DNA of 64,000 bases from an uncultured Chitinophagales bacterium (lineage in GTDB: Bacteria > Bacteroidota > Bacteroidia > Chitinophagales > JADIYW01), in contig CAZDOT010000001.1 of NCBI GenBank assembly GCA_964507125.1, forward strand, positions 47,559 to 111,558. The letters are read 5' to 3'. A program made the position numbers and the translations under genes. Positions 51,001 through 57,915 of the stretch are shown one piece after another. The notes beneath the pieces were generated by a model, which searched no databases, had not been told where the DNA came from, and saw only the letters and a program-made list of their open reading frames with translations. How positions within the stretch are numbered: position 1 is the first letter of the stretch; the number at the start of each line of letters is the position of its first letter.

Positions 51001-52406
51001 TTCTTCCGATGGCGTTAAGTAACAGTGCAGGAGCCGAAGTGCAAAAACCCTTAGCTACCGTAGTTATTGGTGGTTTGATAAGTGCCACACTGCTTACGCT
51101 TTTTGTATTACCTTTATTATATATCGTATTTCAATCTATCTTCCAAACAAAAAACAAGTCGGTGAAAACAGCAATTTTACTTGTAGGTATATTGATATTG
51201 AATATTCCATCAAAAGTAACAGCACAAAATAATCAGCCATTAACGGTAGAACAAGCCATTGAATTGGCAACAAAAAATAATCCGGAAATTAAGTCTCAAA
51301 ATTTGGAAATACAATCAAAACAAAACACACAAAAATCTGTACGAGAATTTCCTAAACTATCCATAAATACACAGTTTGGGCAATACAGCAGCATCCAATT
51401 CGACCATGCAGTAAGTATAGAACAAACTATTCCATTTCCGACTGTATTTAATGCAAAAAAACAATTAATAAATGCTGAATTGCAAGGACAAAAATGGCAG
51501 CAAGAAATCACAAAAAATGAGCTTGTTTACACGGTAAGAAAGTTATACAACGAACTAACATTTTTAGAAAGCAATAAAAAACAACTCTTTTATTTAGATA
51601 GTTTGTATGTCGCATTTATACAAGCAGCAACTATACGTTACAAAACCGGTGAAGGAAAGAAAATTGAAATTAGTAGTGCCGAAACCAAACACGGAGAAAT
51701 GCAATTATTATGGCAACAAAACAACACCAACTTTCATATTGTCTATAATAAATTGAAAAATATATTAAACATAGAAGATGATTTTTCGATACGTATAGAT
51801 AGCACTTATTTACCTATAGATGTGGTTTCAATTAATGATTCCATACTTTTAAAGAATCATCCAAACATACAATTATTATTGCAAGAAGCAGCTATTGCCA
51901 CACAAATTCAAAAGGTTGAAAAAGCACAAGCCTTACCTGACTTTACTTTAGGTTACACCAATCAATCATTAATTGGATACCAAACGATAAACGAACAAGA
52001 ACAATATTTTAATGGCAAAAAAAGATTTCATGTCGGCAGTGTCGGCATACAAATTCCGGTATCTTATGGTGCTACAAAAGCAAAAATTAAAGCATTGGAT
52101 TATCAAAAACAAGCAATAGAAACAATTGCAGATTACAAGCTCCAAGAATTACGCATGCAACAACAAAATACCATCGAGCAATATCAACAAAACAAACAAG
52201 AGTATCAATATTATAAAGATAAAGCATTACCTAATGCGCAAGAAATAATTCAAAATGCACAAGTTGGCTATCGCACCGGAGATATTGATTATGTTGAGTA
52301 TTTAATGGCATTGCAAACAGCAGGAAATACAAAATTGAATTATTTAAAAAGCATACAACAACTCAACGAAACCATCCTTTATTTAAAATATCTTATCCAC
52401 CAATAA
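48048..52406 (+). CDS. czcA: Heavy-metal efflux RND pump CzcA/CusA fused in frame to a TolC-like outer-membrane factor (CzcC-like)
   Basis: GTG start. Residues 1 to about 1036 are a full 12-TM CzcA (MLNSIIKFSIHNK..., PDITNNQVQI, FGLIVDGAVIIVE, and the last TM LISATLLTLFVLPLLYIVF). Residues 1039-1452 begin with a signal-peptide-like VKTAILLVGILILNIPSKVTA|Q. They continue with outer-membrane-efflux-protein-type repeats (LTVEQAIELATKNNPEIK..., ...YRTGDIDYVEYL...). Confidence 0.85.
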   Translation: MLNSIIKFSIHNKLIIGIGTLLLAIWGIWSATKLPIDALPDITNNQVQIITVCPTLAGQEVEQLITFPIEQSIANLPDIEETRSISRFGLSVITVVFKEKVDIYFARQLINERLNEAKENIPKGIGTPELAPISTGLGEVYQYILHPKKESKNHYTAMDLRTMQDWIVARQLYGIPGIAEVNSFGGQLKQYEVAVNPDRLRAMGVTIPDIFIALGKNNQNTGGAYIDEKPYSHFIRGIGLVSSLDEIKNIVVKSNSTHVPIFIRDVADVRFGSAVRYGAMTYNGEVDAVGGVVMMLKGENSNEVVKRIKEKIPTIQKSLPEDVVIEPFLDRTELVGRAINTVEKNLIEGALIVIFVLVIFLGNIRAGLIVASAIPLSLLFALGLMNVFHVSANLMSLGAIDFGLIVDGAVIIVEATLHHLGLRKTTQALTQKEMDEEVFQSSSKIRNSAAFGEIIILIVYIPILTLIGIEGKMFAPMAKTVGFAILGALILSLTYIPMMCSLFLKQQQHLSFSDKMMQFFHQLYQPLLKKAIQFKNILIVFSIALFALSLFIFNRMGGEFIPTLNEGDFAFHCILPQGASLNQSIETSMQASRILKEMDEVKMVVGKTGSAEVPTDPMPPEATDMMIILKPKSEWKNDKTYDELGDEMMEKLEVIPGIFFEKNQPIQMRFNELMTGIRQDVAVKIFGENMDTLSRYAESVNNVLQTIESITAPQIERVSGLPQINIEYDRNRMANYGLNVEDVNSIISTAFAGKTAGVVYENERQFDLVVRLDSTHKNSISDVQNLLIPTNFGSQIPLSQVANISYKLGAAQISREAGKRRIVIGFNVKNRDVKSIVAELQEKLEQQIKLPSGYYFAYGGTFENLQKASNRLMIVVPISLLLIFILLYLTFRSITQATLIFTAIPMSAIGGVFALLIRDMPFSISAGVGFIALFGVAVLNGIVLIGTFNQLEKEGITDVIQRVYEGTKIRLRPVLMTATVASLGFLPMALSNSAGAEVQKPLATVVIGGLISATLLTLFVLPLLYIVFQSIFQTKNKSVKTAILLVGILILNIPSKVTAQNNQPLTVEQAIELATKNNPEIKSQNLEIQSKQNTQKSVREFPKLSINTQFGQYSSIQFDHAVSIEQTIPFPTVFNAKKQLINAELQGQKWQQEITKNELVYTVRKLYNELTFLESNKKQLFYLDSLYVAFIQAATIRYKTGEGKKIEISSAETKHGEMQLLWQQNNTNFHIVYNKLKNILNIEDDFSIRIDSTYLPIDVVSINDSILLKNHPNIQLLLQEAAIATQIQKVEKAQALPDFTLGYTNQSLIGYQTINEQEQYFNGKKRFHVGSVGIQIPVSYGATKAKIKALDYQKQAIETIADYKLQELRMQQQNTIEQYQQNKQEYQYYKDKALPNAQEIIQNAQVGYRTGDIDYVEYLMALQTAGNTKLNYLKSIQQLNETILYLKYLIHQ

Positions 52407-52416
52407 AATAAATCTT

Positions 52417-53670
52417 ATGTTTATCTCTAAAAATAATTCCAAACTCTTCATATCATGTGTGCTTGCAAGTATTGTATTTACTGCATGTTCCAACCATACA
52501 CACAACGAAGAGGATGCACATGCACACGATGCAACTGAAACAGTAACAAAAACTGAAAAAACAATTACGGCTTTAACGGATGCACAAATAAAAGCCGTTG
52601 ACATACAAATTGGAAGTATAGAAAACAAACAATTAACAGCAACGCTTAAATTGAATGGCAACTTGCGAGTGCCTAATAACAATAAAGCAAATGCCACTTC
52701 GTTATATGGTGGTGTTATCAAAACACTGAACGTACAAGTAGGTAGTTTCGTAAAACAAGGACAAGTAATTGCCACCATTGCCAATCCTCAATTTATACAA
52801 TTGCAAGAAGAATATTTATTGGTAAGTAGTAAAATAATTTATGCAGAACAAGAACTCAGTCGTCAAAAAGAATTAAACAAAGAAAATGCCGGTGCTTTTA
52901 AAAATTATCAAAGTGCCGATGTCGAATTGAAAACATTACGCACGCGCAAAGCATCATTACAACAACAAATACAATTAATGGGCATCAACCCAAATAATAT
53001 CAGTAATGAAAATATGAAATCGGCATTAACGGTTACCAGTCCTATAAATGGAACTATTAGCAATCTATTTTCTAAAATTGGTTCGTATGTAGATGTGTCT
53101 TCACCGGTGGCAGAAATCGTGGATAACAACCAACTTCATTTAGATTTACAAATTTTTGAAAAAGATTTGCCTTTGATAAAAATTGGTCAAACTATTCACT
53201 TTACCTTAACGAATAATCCGATTCATGAGTACGATGCACAAGTGTATAGCATTGGAACAGCCTTCGAATCAGAAAGCAAAACAATTGCAGTACATTGTAA
53301 AGTAAACGGCAACAAATCAGGATTAATAGACGGCATGAATATCACTGCAATTGTGAGTTTAAACAATGCTGTGATGCCGGCCGTTCCTAACGATGCAATC
53401 ATTAATGCAGATGGTCGTGATTATATTTTTATGGTAACAGATAAAAGACCAAAAGATGAACATGATGAAGATGATGAAAAAGCAACAAATGAAACGAACA
53501 AAAATGCAGCAATATATTTTGAAAAAATAGAAGTGGTAAAAGGTATTTCAGAAGTTGGATACACCGCAATTACGCCAATTATAGATTTGCCCAACAATGC
53601 GAAATTAGCAGTAAAAGGTGCATTTTTTATCAATGCAAAAATGACAAAAACAGAAGAACACGTGCATTAA
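52417..53670 (+). CDS. czcB: Efflux RND periplasmic adaptor subunit (CzcB/HlyD family), lipoprotein with His/Asp/Glu-rich segments
   Basis: Lipobox FTACSNH and a His-rich N-terminus (HTHNEEDAHAHD). It also has a biotinyl-lipoyl-like hairpin (VGSFVKQGQVIATI), a coiled-coil hairpin, and beta-barrel motifs. It starts 10 nt after the czcA-OMF stop. Confidence 0.85.
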   Translation: MFISKNNSKLFISCVLASIVFTACSNHTHNEEDAHAHDATETVTKTEKTITALTDAQIKAVDIQIGSIENKQLTATLKLNGNLRVPNNNKANATSLYGGVIKTLNVQVGSFVKQGQVIATIANPQFIQLQEEYLLVSSKIIYAEQELSRQKELNKENAGAFKNYQSADVELKTLRTRKASLQQQIQLMGINPNNISNENMKSALTVTSPINGTISNLFSKIGSYVDVSSPVAEIVDNNQLHLDLQIFEKDLPLIKIGQTIHFTLTNNPIHEYDAQVYSIGTAFESESKTIAVHCKVNGNKSGLIDGMNITAIVSLNNAVMPAVPNDAIINADGRDYIFMVTDKRPKDEHDEDDEKATNETNKNAAIYFEKIEVVKGISEVGYTAITPIIDLPNNAKLAVKGAFFINAKMTKTEEHVH

Positions 53671-53692
53671 TTAAAATTGTAAATTTACAAAC

Positions 53693-54058
53693 ATGAAAAA
53701 TATACTATTAAGTTGGATATGCTTAATGATTTATTGTTTACAAGTTCAAACAACATTCGCAAACAATGAAAAAGAAGTACTTACTAAAGCAGTTATTAAA
53801 ACTACTTTCTATTGTGATCATTGTTTAGAATGCGAATCATGTGCCGGACGATTTGAAACGCAACTTAAACATATAAAAGGTTTAAAAAAGTACACCATCT
53901 TCGATAAAAAAAATGCAATTGTAGTTTACTACAACAACAAACAAACTACGATACAAGACATAAGATTGGAAATATCAAAAATGGGATTTGATGCTGACAA
54001 CATTAAAGCCAACAGCAAAGCCTACAATAAATTAGATGCCTGTTGCAAGAAAAAATGA
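53693..54058 (+). CDS. Secreted heavy-metal-associated (HMA)-fold protein with an atypical CxxCxxCxxC site
   Basis: Signal peptide (...VQTTFA), then a beta-alpha-beta-beta-alpha-beta pattern with CDHCLECESC in the position of the canonical MxCxxC loop. The C-terminus is CCKKK. It is the last gene of the czc cluster. Confidence 0.7.
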   Translation: MKNILLSWICLMIYCLQVQTTFANNEKEVLTKAVIKTTFYCDHCLECESCAGRFETQLKHIKGLKKYTIFDKKNAIVVYYNNKQTTIQDIRLEISKMGFDADNIKANSKAYNKLDACCKKK

Positions 54059-54110
54059 AATAATGAAGTAATAAAATAATGTAATAATATTTTTTTTAAT
54101 TCAATCTCAA

Positions 54111-54371
54111 TACTTGCTACTCATTACTTACGTCTAAAAAAATCAACCGCAAAGTGCACAAAGTATTTACGCAAAGTTCTCAAAGTATTTTTCTTCTGAC
54201 AATTGGTCGGATGACTGTAAGTCATCTGACCAACATCTATACTGTCATTGCCTCGAAAGAGGTAATCTCCTTTTAAGTGTGTTGAGATTCCCATTTTCAC
54301 GAGAATGACACGCAACAAATTAATTGCAATTTATTCTTTCTACTTGCTACTCATTACTTACGTCTAAAAAA
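54111..54371. repeat. Perfect 31-bp direct repeats (54111..54141 and 54341..54371) bracketing a 199-bp non-coding, hairpin-rich insert
   Basis: Read directly: TACTTGCTACTCATTACTTACGTCTAAAAAA occurs twice, 230 bp apart. Flanking bases differ on both sides of each copy. Confidence 0.85.
54147..54190. repeat. Tandem 22-bp repeat (2 units) inside the insert
   Basis: CCGCAAAGTGCACAAAGTATTT / ACGCAAAGTTCTCAAAGTATTT, 18 of 22 positions identical. Each unit contains two CAAAGT cores. Confidence 0.8.
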
Positions 54372-54376
54372 GGTGT

Positions 54377-56371
54377 TTAGCAAAATTCAAAATCAATTGT
54401 TTTCTTTTCTATATCAACAGCTACTAATTTCACCATAGCATCATCACCCAATTGATATACTTTATCCGTACGTCGTCCTATCATGCGCATTTTACGTTCA
54501 TCATACACATACACATCATCTTTCAATGTTTCGCTGCGTACCATACCTTCGCAATTATACGCCGGAAGCTCTACATAAATTCCCCAATTTTTCACACCGG
54601 AAATTACGCCTTTAAACGTCTCTCCTATTCTATCCAATAAAAACTCAGCCATTTTATATTTTACAGAACTACGTTCCGCATCGGCGGCCGCACGCTCTCG
54701 CTCACTGCTATGCTTGCATTGATATTCTATTTCATCTTGTGTCGGTAATTTTTTGCGATGCATAATTTTATCCAACAAACGATGCACCATCACATCCGGA
54801 TAACGACGAATAGGCGATGTAAAATGCGTATAAAAATCGAACCCTAAACCATAATGCCCAATGTTTTCTGTTGTATAAATTGCCTTTGCCATACAACGAA
54901 TTGCTAACTGTTGCAATACTGCTTGTTCCGGTTTGCCGTCAATTTCTTGCATCAATTTATTCAATGCTTTCGCAATTTGTTTGGGATTATCAAATTGAAT
55001 TTTATAGCCAAATTTCTGTGCAAATAATTGGAAATCGATGAGCTTTTCTTCATTCGGTAAATCGTGTACTCGATATACGAATGGCACTTTTCCATTTTGG
55101 TTTACTTCTTTTCCAATATATGTAGCCACGGCTTTATTTGCCAACAACATAAAATCTTCTATCAGCAAATGTGCATCTTTTCGTTCTTTTACATACACAC
55201 CAATTGGCTTTCCATTTTCATCTAACTGAAACTTCGTTTCCGGTGCTTCAAATCCGATTGCTCCTTGTTTAAATCGATGTTTCCGCAAGATATGAGCCAA
55301 TGCATTTAACTGCAACAATTCTGCTTTAAACACACCATCTTTCCCTTCTAAAATTTCTTGTGCTTCATCATAAGTAAATCGCTTTTGAGAATGAATAACC
55401 GTTCTACCAAACCACGTCTCTTTTACATTGGCATTTGCATCCATTTTAAAAACAGCAGCATAGCAACATTTATCTTCATTCGGTCGCAATGAACACACGA
55501 TATTAGACAAACGTTCCGGAAACATCGGTGCAACTCTATCGACCAAATAAACCGAAGTGGCTCGTTTAAATGCTTCTTTTTCCATGGCAGAATGCTCAGC
55601 AACGTAATGCGATACATCTGCAATATGTACGCCAATTTCAAATAATCCATCTTCTAATGTTCGGATAGAAAGTGCATCATCAAAATCTTTTGCATCTGTC
55701 GGATCTATAGTAAATGTTGGTACTTTGGTAAAATCTCTGCGTTTTTTCTTTTCTTCATCTGATACTTTCAAATCTAATGCGTCGGCTTCATCCAATACAT
55801 TTTTTGGAAAAGAAGTAAAGAAACCATTCTCTACTAAAATGGATTTCATTTCAATATCATTGCTTCCTGCATTTCCTAAAATTTCGGTGATGTGTCCAAT
55901 TGGATTTTTATCTTTTGCTCTCCATTCAACTAATTCTACCACCACTTTATCGTGATGTTTGGCTTTGTGTGTTCGAGCTTCCGGAATATAAAAATCCGAT
56001 TTAATTCCTGGATTATCCGGCACTACAAAACAAGTATCGTTGATACGTTCAACCACGCCTATAAAATGTGTTCTATTACGTTTTACTATTTCTATTACCG
56101 TACATTCCGGTCTGGAACTATTGGGCTTGTGCATTCGTCGCACTTTCACCGTATCACCATCAAATGCATGGTTTACATTTTTGCGATGTACGTAATAATC
56201 TTTCGGTTTTCCATCTATCAGCACAAAACCATCACCGCTACGTGCAATGTCAATAACACCAATCAACTCTTCGCCTACAAAAAACGAAGTATGATTTTGA
56301 GTATCTGCTTTTTTAGCACGCTGGTGTGAAGCACCTTGTGTGCCTTTATTTATTTTTTTCTTTTTTGCCAT
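54377..56371 (-). CDS. rnr: Ribonuclease R (RNase II/VacB family 3'-5' exoribonuclease)
   Basis: A basic N-terminus and cold-shock-like domains are followed by the RNB catalytic motifs (TIDPTDAKDFDDAL, HYGLGFDFYTHFTSPIRRYPD). A C-terminal S1 domain is present (FKGVISGVKNWGIYVEL). Confidence 0.92.
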   Translation of the reverse strand: MAKKKKINKGTQGASHQRAKKADTQNHTSFFVGEELIGVIDIARSGDGFVLIDGKPKDYYVHRKNVNHAFDGDTVKVRRMHKPNSSRPECTVIEIVKRNRTHFIGVVERINDTCFVVPDNPGIKSDFYIPEARTHKAKHHDKVVVELVEWRAKDKNPIGHITEILGNAGSNDIEMKSILVENGFFTSFPKNVLDEADALDLKVSDEEKKKRRDFTKVPTFTIDPTDAKDFDDALSIRTLEDGLFEIGVHIADVSHYVAEHSAMEKEAFKRATSVYLVDRVAPMFPERLSNIVCSLRPNEDKCCYAAVFKMDANANVKETWFGRTVIHSQKRFTYDEAQEILEGKDGVFKAELLQLNALAHILRKHRFKQGAIGFEAPETKFQLDENGKPIGVYVKERKDAHLLIEDFMLLANKAVATYIGKEVNQNGKVPFVYRVHDLPNEEKLIDFQLFAQKFGYKIQFDNPKQIAKALNKLMQEIDGKPEQAVLQQLAIRCMAKAIYTTENIGHYGLGFDFYTHFTSPIRRYPDVMVHRLLDKIMHRKKLPTQDEIEYQCKHSSERERAAADAERSSVKYKMAEFLLDRIGETFKGVISGVKNWGIYVELPAYNCEGMVRSETLKDDVYVYDERKMRMIGRRTDKVYQLGDDAMVKLVAVDIEKKTIDFEFC

Positions 56372-56541
56372 ATATTATTACAAAGGTAATAGAAACGAAC
56401 CGCAAAATGGAATGTACAAAATGGGTCCTTGATATAATTCATACTAAATTTCAACAAATAAAAAATCTATCTATCGAAAAGAGTCAAAAAAAAGGTAGTT
56501 AAACTTTTAGTTTATCAATTAAATCTCAAAAAAAGTTGATA

Positions 56542-57819
56542 TTATTCTATCTTCTTTTGAAGTGCTTCAAACTTAGCTGTCATGGTTGGATTACCTCTTG
56601 TCAAGCGTTTAATGGACAACTCTTCGGATTTATTATTAGCCAAACGCAAATTATTTACGGACGACAACAACGCATCTTTTGTTTTTTGTAGGTGGTCAAT
56701 CGTCTTATCAATTTCATCAATCGCTGTTTTAAATTGTCGTGCAGCCAGCTCGTAGTTTTTTGCAAATTTTTCTTTAAATTCTATCAAGCTATTTTCAAAA
56801 TTTGTTATATCAATATTTTGATTTTGAATATTCGCCAATTCCGCTTTCACTTGTGCAGCATTCATCGCAGCGTTGCGTAATAACGTAATAATTGGAATAA
56901 AAAATTGTGGTCGAATCACATACATTTTTTCATATTTATGCGATACATCTACAATACCTACATTATACAATTCATTCTCGGCTTCTAACATTGTAACTAA
57001 TACAGCATATTCGCATTTTTTTTCGCTTCTGTCTTTATCTAATTCTTTAAAAAAATCTTCATTGCGTTTTTTGGTTGCTGTTTCATCGCCTTCATTTTTC
57101 ATTTCAAACATGATGGAAATAATCTCATTTCCAAACTCATCTTGTTCGCGATAAATATAATCACCTTTGCTGCCGGTTTTTGAGTTATTATCTTTTTCAA
57201 AATACGCTTTTTGAAAAGCCGTAGCACGTAGTTTATTAAATTCCAATTCGCAATGTTGCTCCAAAGTTTCACCTATCATTTTAGTAGATAGTTTCATCTT
57301 CATATCTTTTCTAAGAGCAATTTCTTCATCTTTCATTTTAATGATATCGTCCTTCGTTTTAATAACAGATGCAAATTGTTCGTTCAATGATTTTTCTAAT
57401 AATTGTTTTTCTGTTTCTTTTAAACGCACATCATTTGCCAAAAGATCTCTTTCTTTTTCTAATTGTTGGATGGCTTCTGAAATAGATAATTTTCTTTCTG
57501 TTTCTGCAAGTTCTAACTTTGCTTTCAATTCTAATAGTTGTGCATCTTTCTGTGCTTTTTCTTCTGCCAATCGGCGTTCGCTGTTGGCTTTTATTTGTAT
57601 TAGTTCGTTTTCTTTTTCAGCTAATTGTAATTGCAAAGCATTTTTAAGATTTGCTTCGGCTAATTGTACGGCACTCACTTTGGATTGTTCGGCTAATTTC
57701 AATCGCTCGTGTAATTCTTCTTCAAATTTTTTATCGCGAACTTGCTTTAAAATACTGGCAAATCCTGCTTCATCTACTTTAAAAGCTTTATGGCAATTTG
57801 GACAAATAATATCGTTCAT
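56542..57819 (-). CDS. DUF2130-like protein: N-terminal zinc ribbon, long coiled coil, C-terminal nuclease-like domain
   Basis: The N-terminus is MNDIICPNCHKAF. About 150 aa of K/E/L/Q-rich heptad sequence follow. The C-terminal globular part carries GDYIY...IMFEMK (a possible D...ExK arrangement). Family name recalled, not verified. Confidence 0.65.
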   Translation of the reverse strand: MNDIICPNCHKAFKVDEAGFASILKQVRDKKFEEELHERLKLAEQSKVSAVQLAEANLKNALQLQLAEKENELIQIKANSERRLAEEKAQKDAQLLELKAKLELAETERKLSISEAIQQLEKERDLLANDVRLKETEKQLLEKSLNEQFASVIKTKDDIIKMKDEEIALRKDMKMKLSTKMIGETLEQHCELEFNKLRATAFQKAYFEKDNNSKTGSKGDYIYREQDEFGNEIISIMFEMKNEGDETATKKRNEDFFKELDKDRSEKKCEYAVLVTMLEAENELYNVGIVDVSHKYEKMYVIRPQFFIPIITLLRNAAMNAAQVKAELANIQNQNIDITNFENSLIEFKEKFAKNYELAARQFKTAIDEIDKTIDHLQKTKDALLSSVNNLRLANNKSEELSIKRLTRGNPTMTAKFEALQKKIE

Positions 57820-57915
57820 ATTGTATGGTGTTTATGGTTAAAATAAAATAACGATTCCGTTGTAAACATTGTACAAGGTCAATAAAAAATTGGAATTAAA
57901 AAAATTGTAGCGTTA

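Noticed and set aside
54124-54318. 64-codon minus-strand ORF inside the direct-repeat-bounded insert
   Set aside because: It spans the hairpins and the tandem 22-bp repeat, and it has no start context or recognisable motif. Its composition is dictated by the repeats. I treat the region as non-coding.
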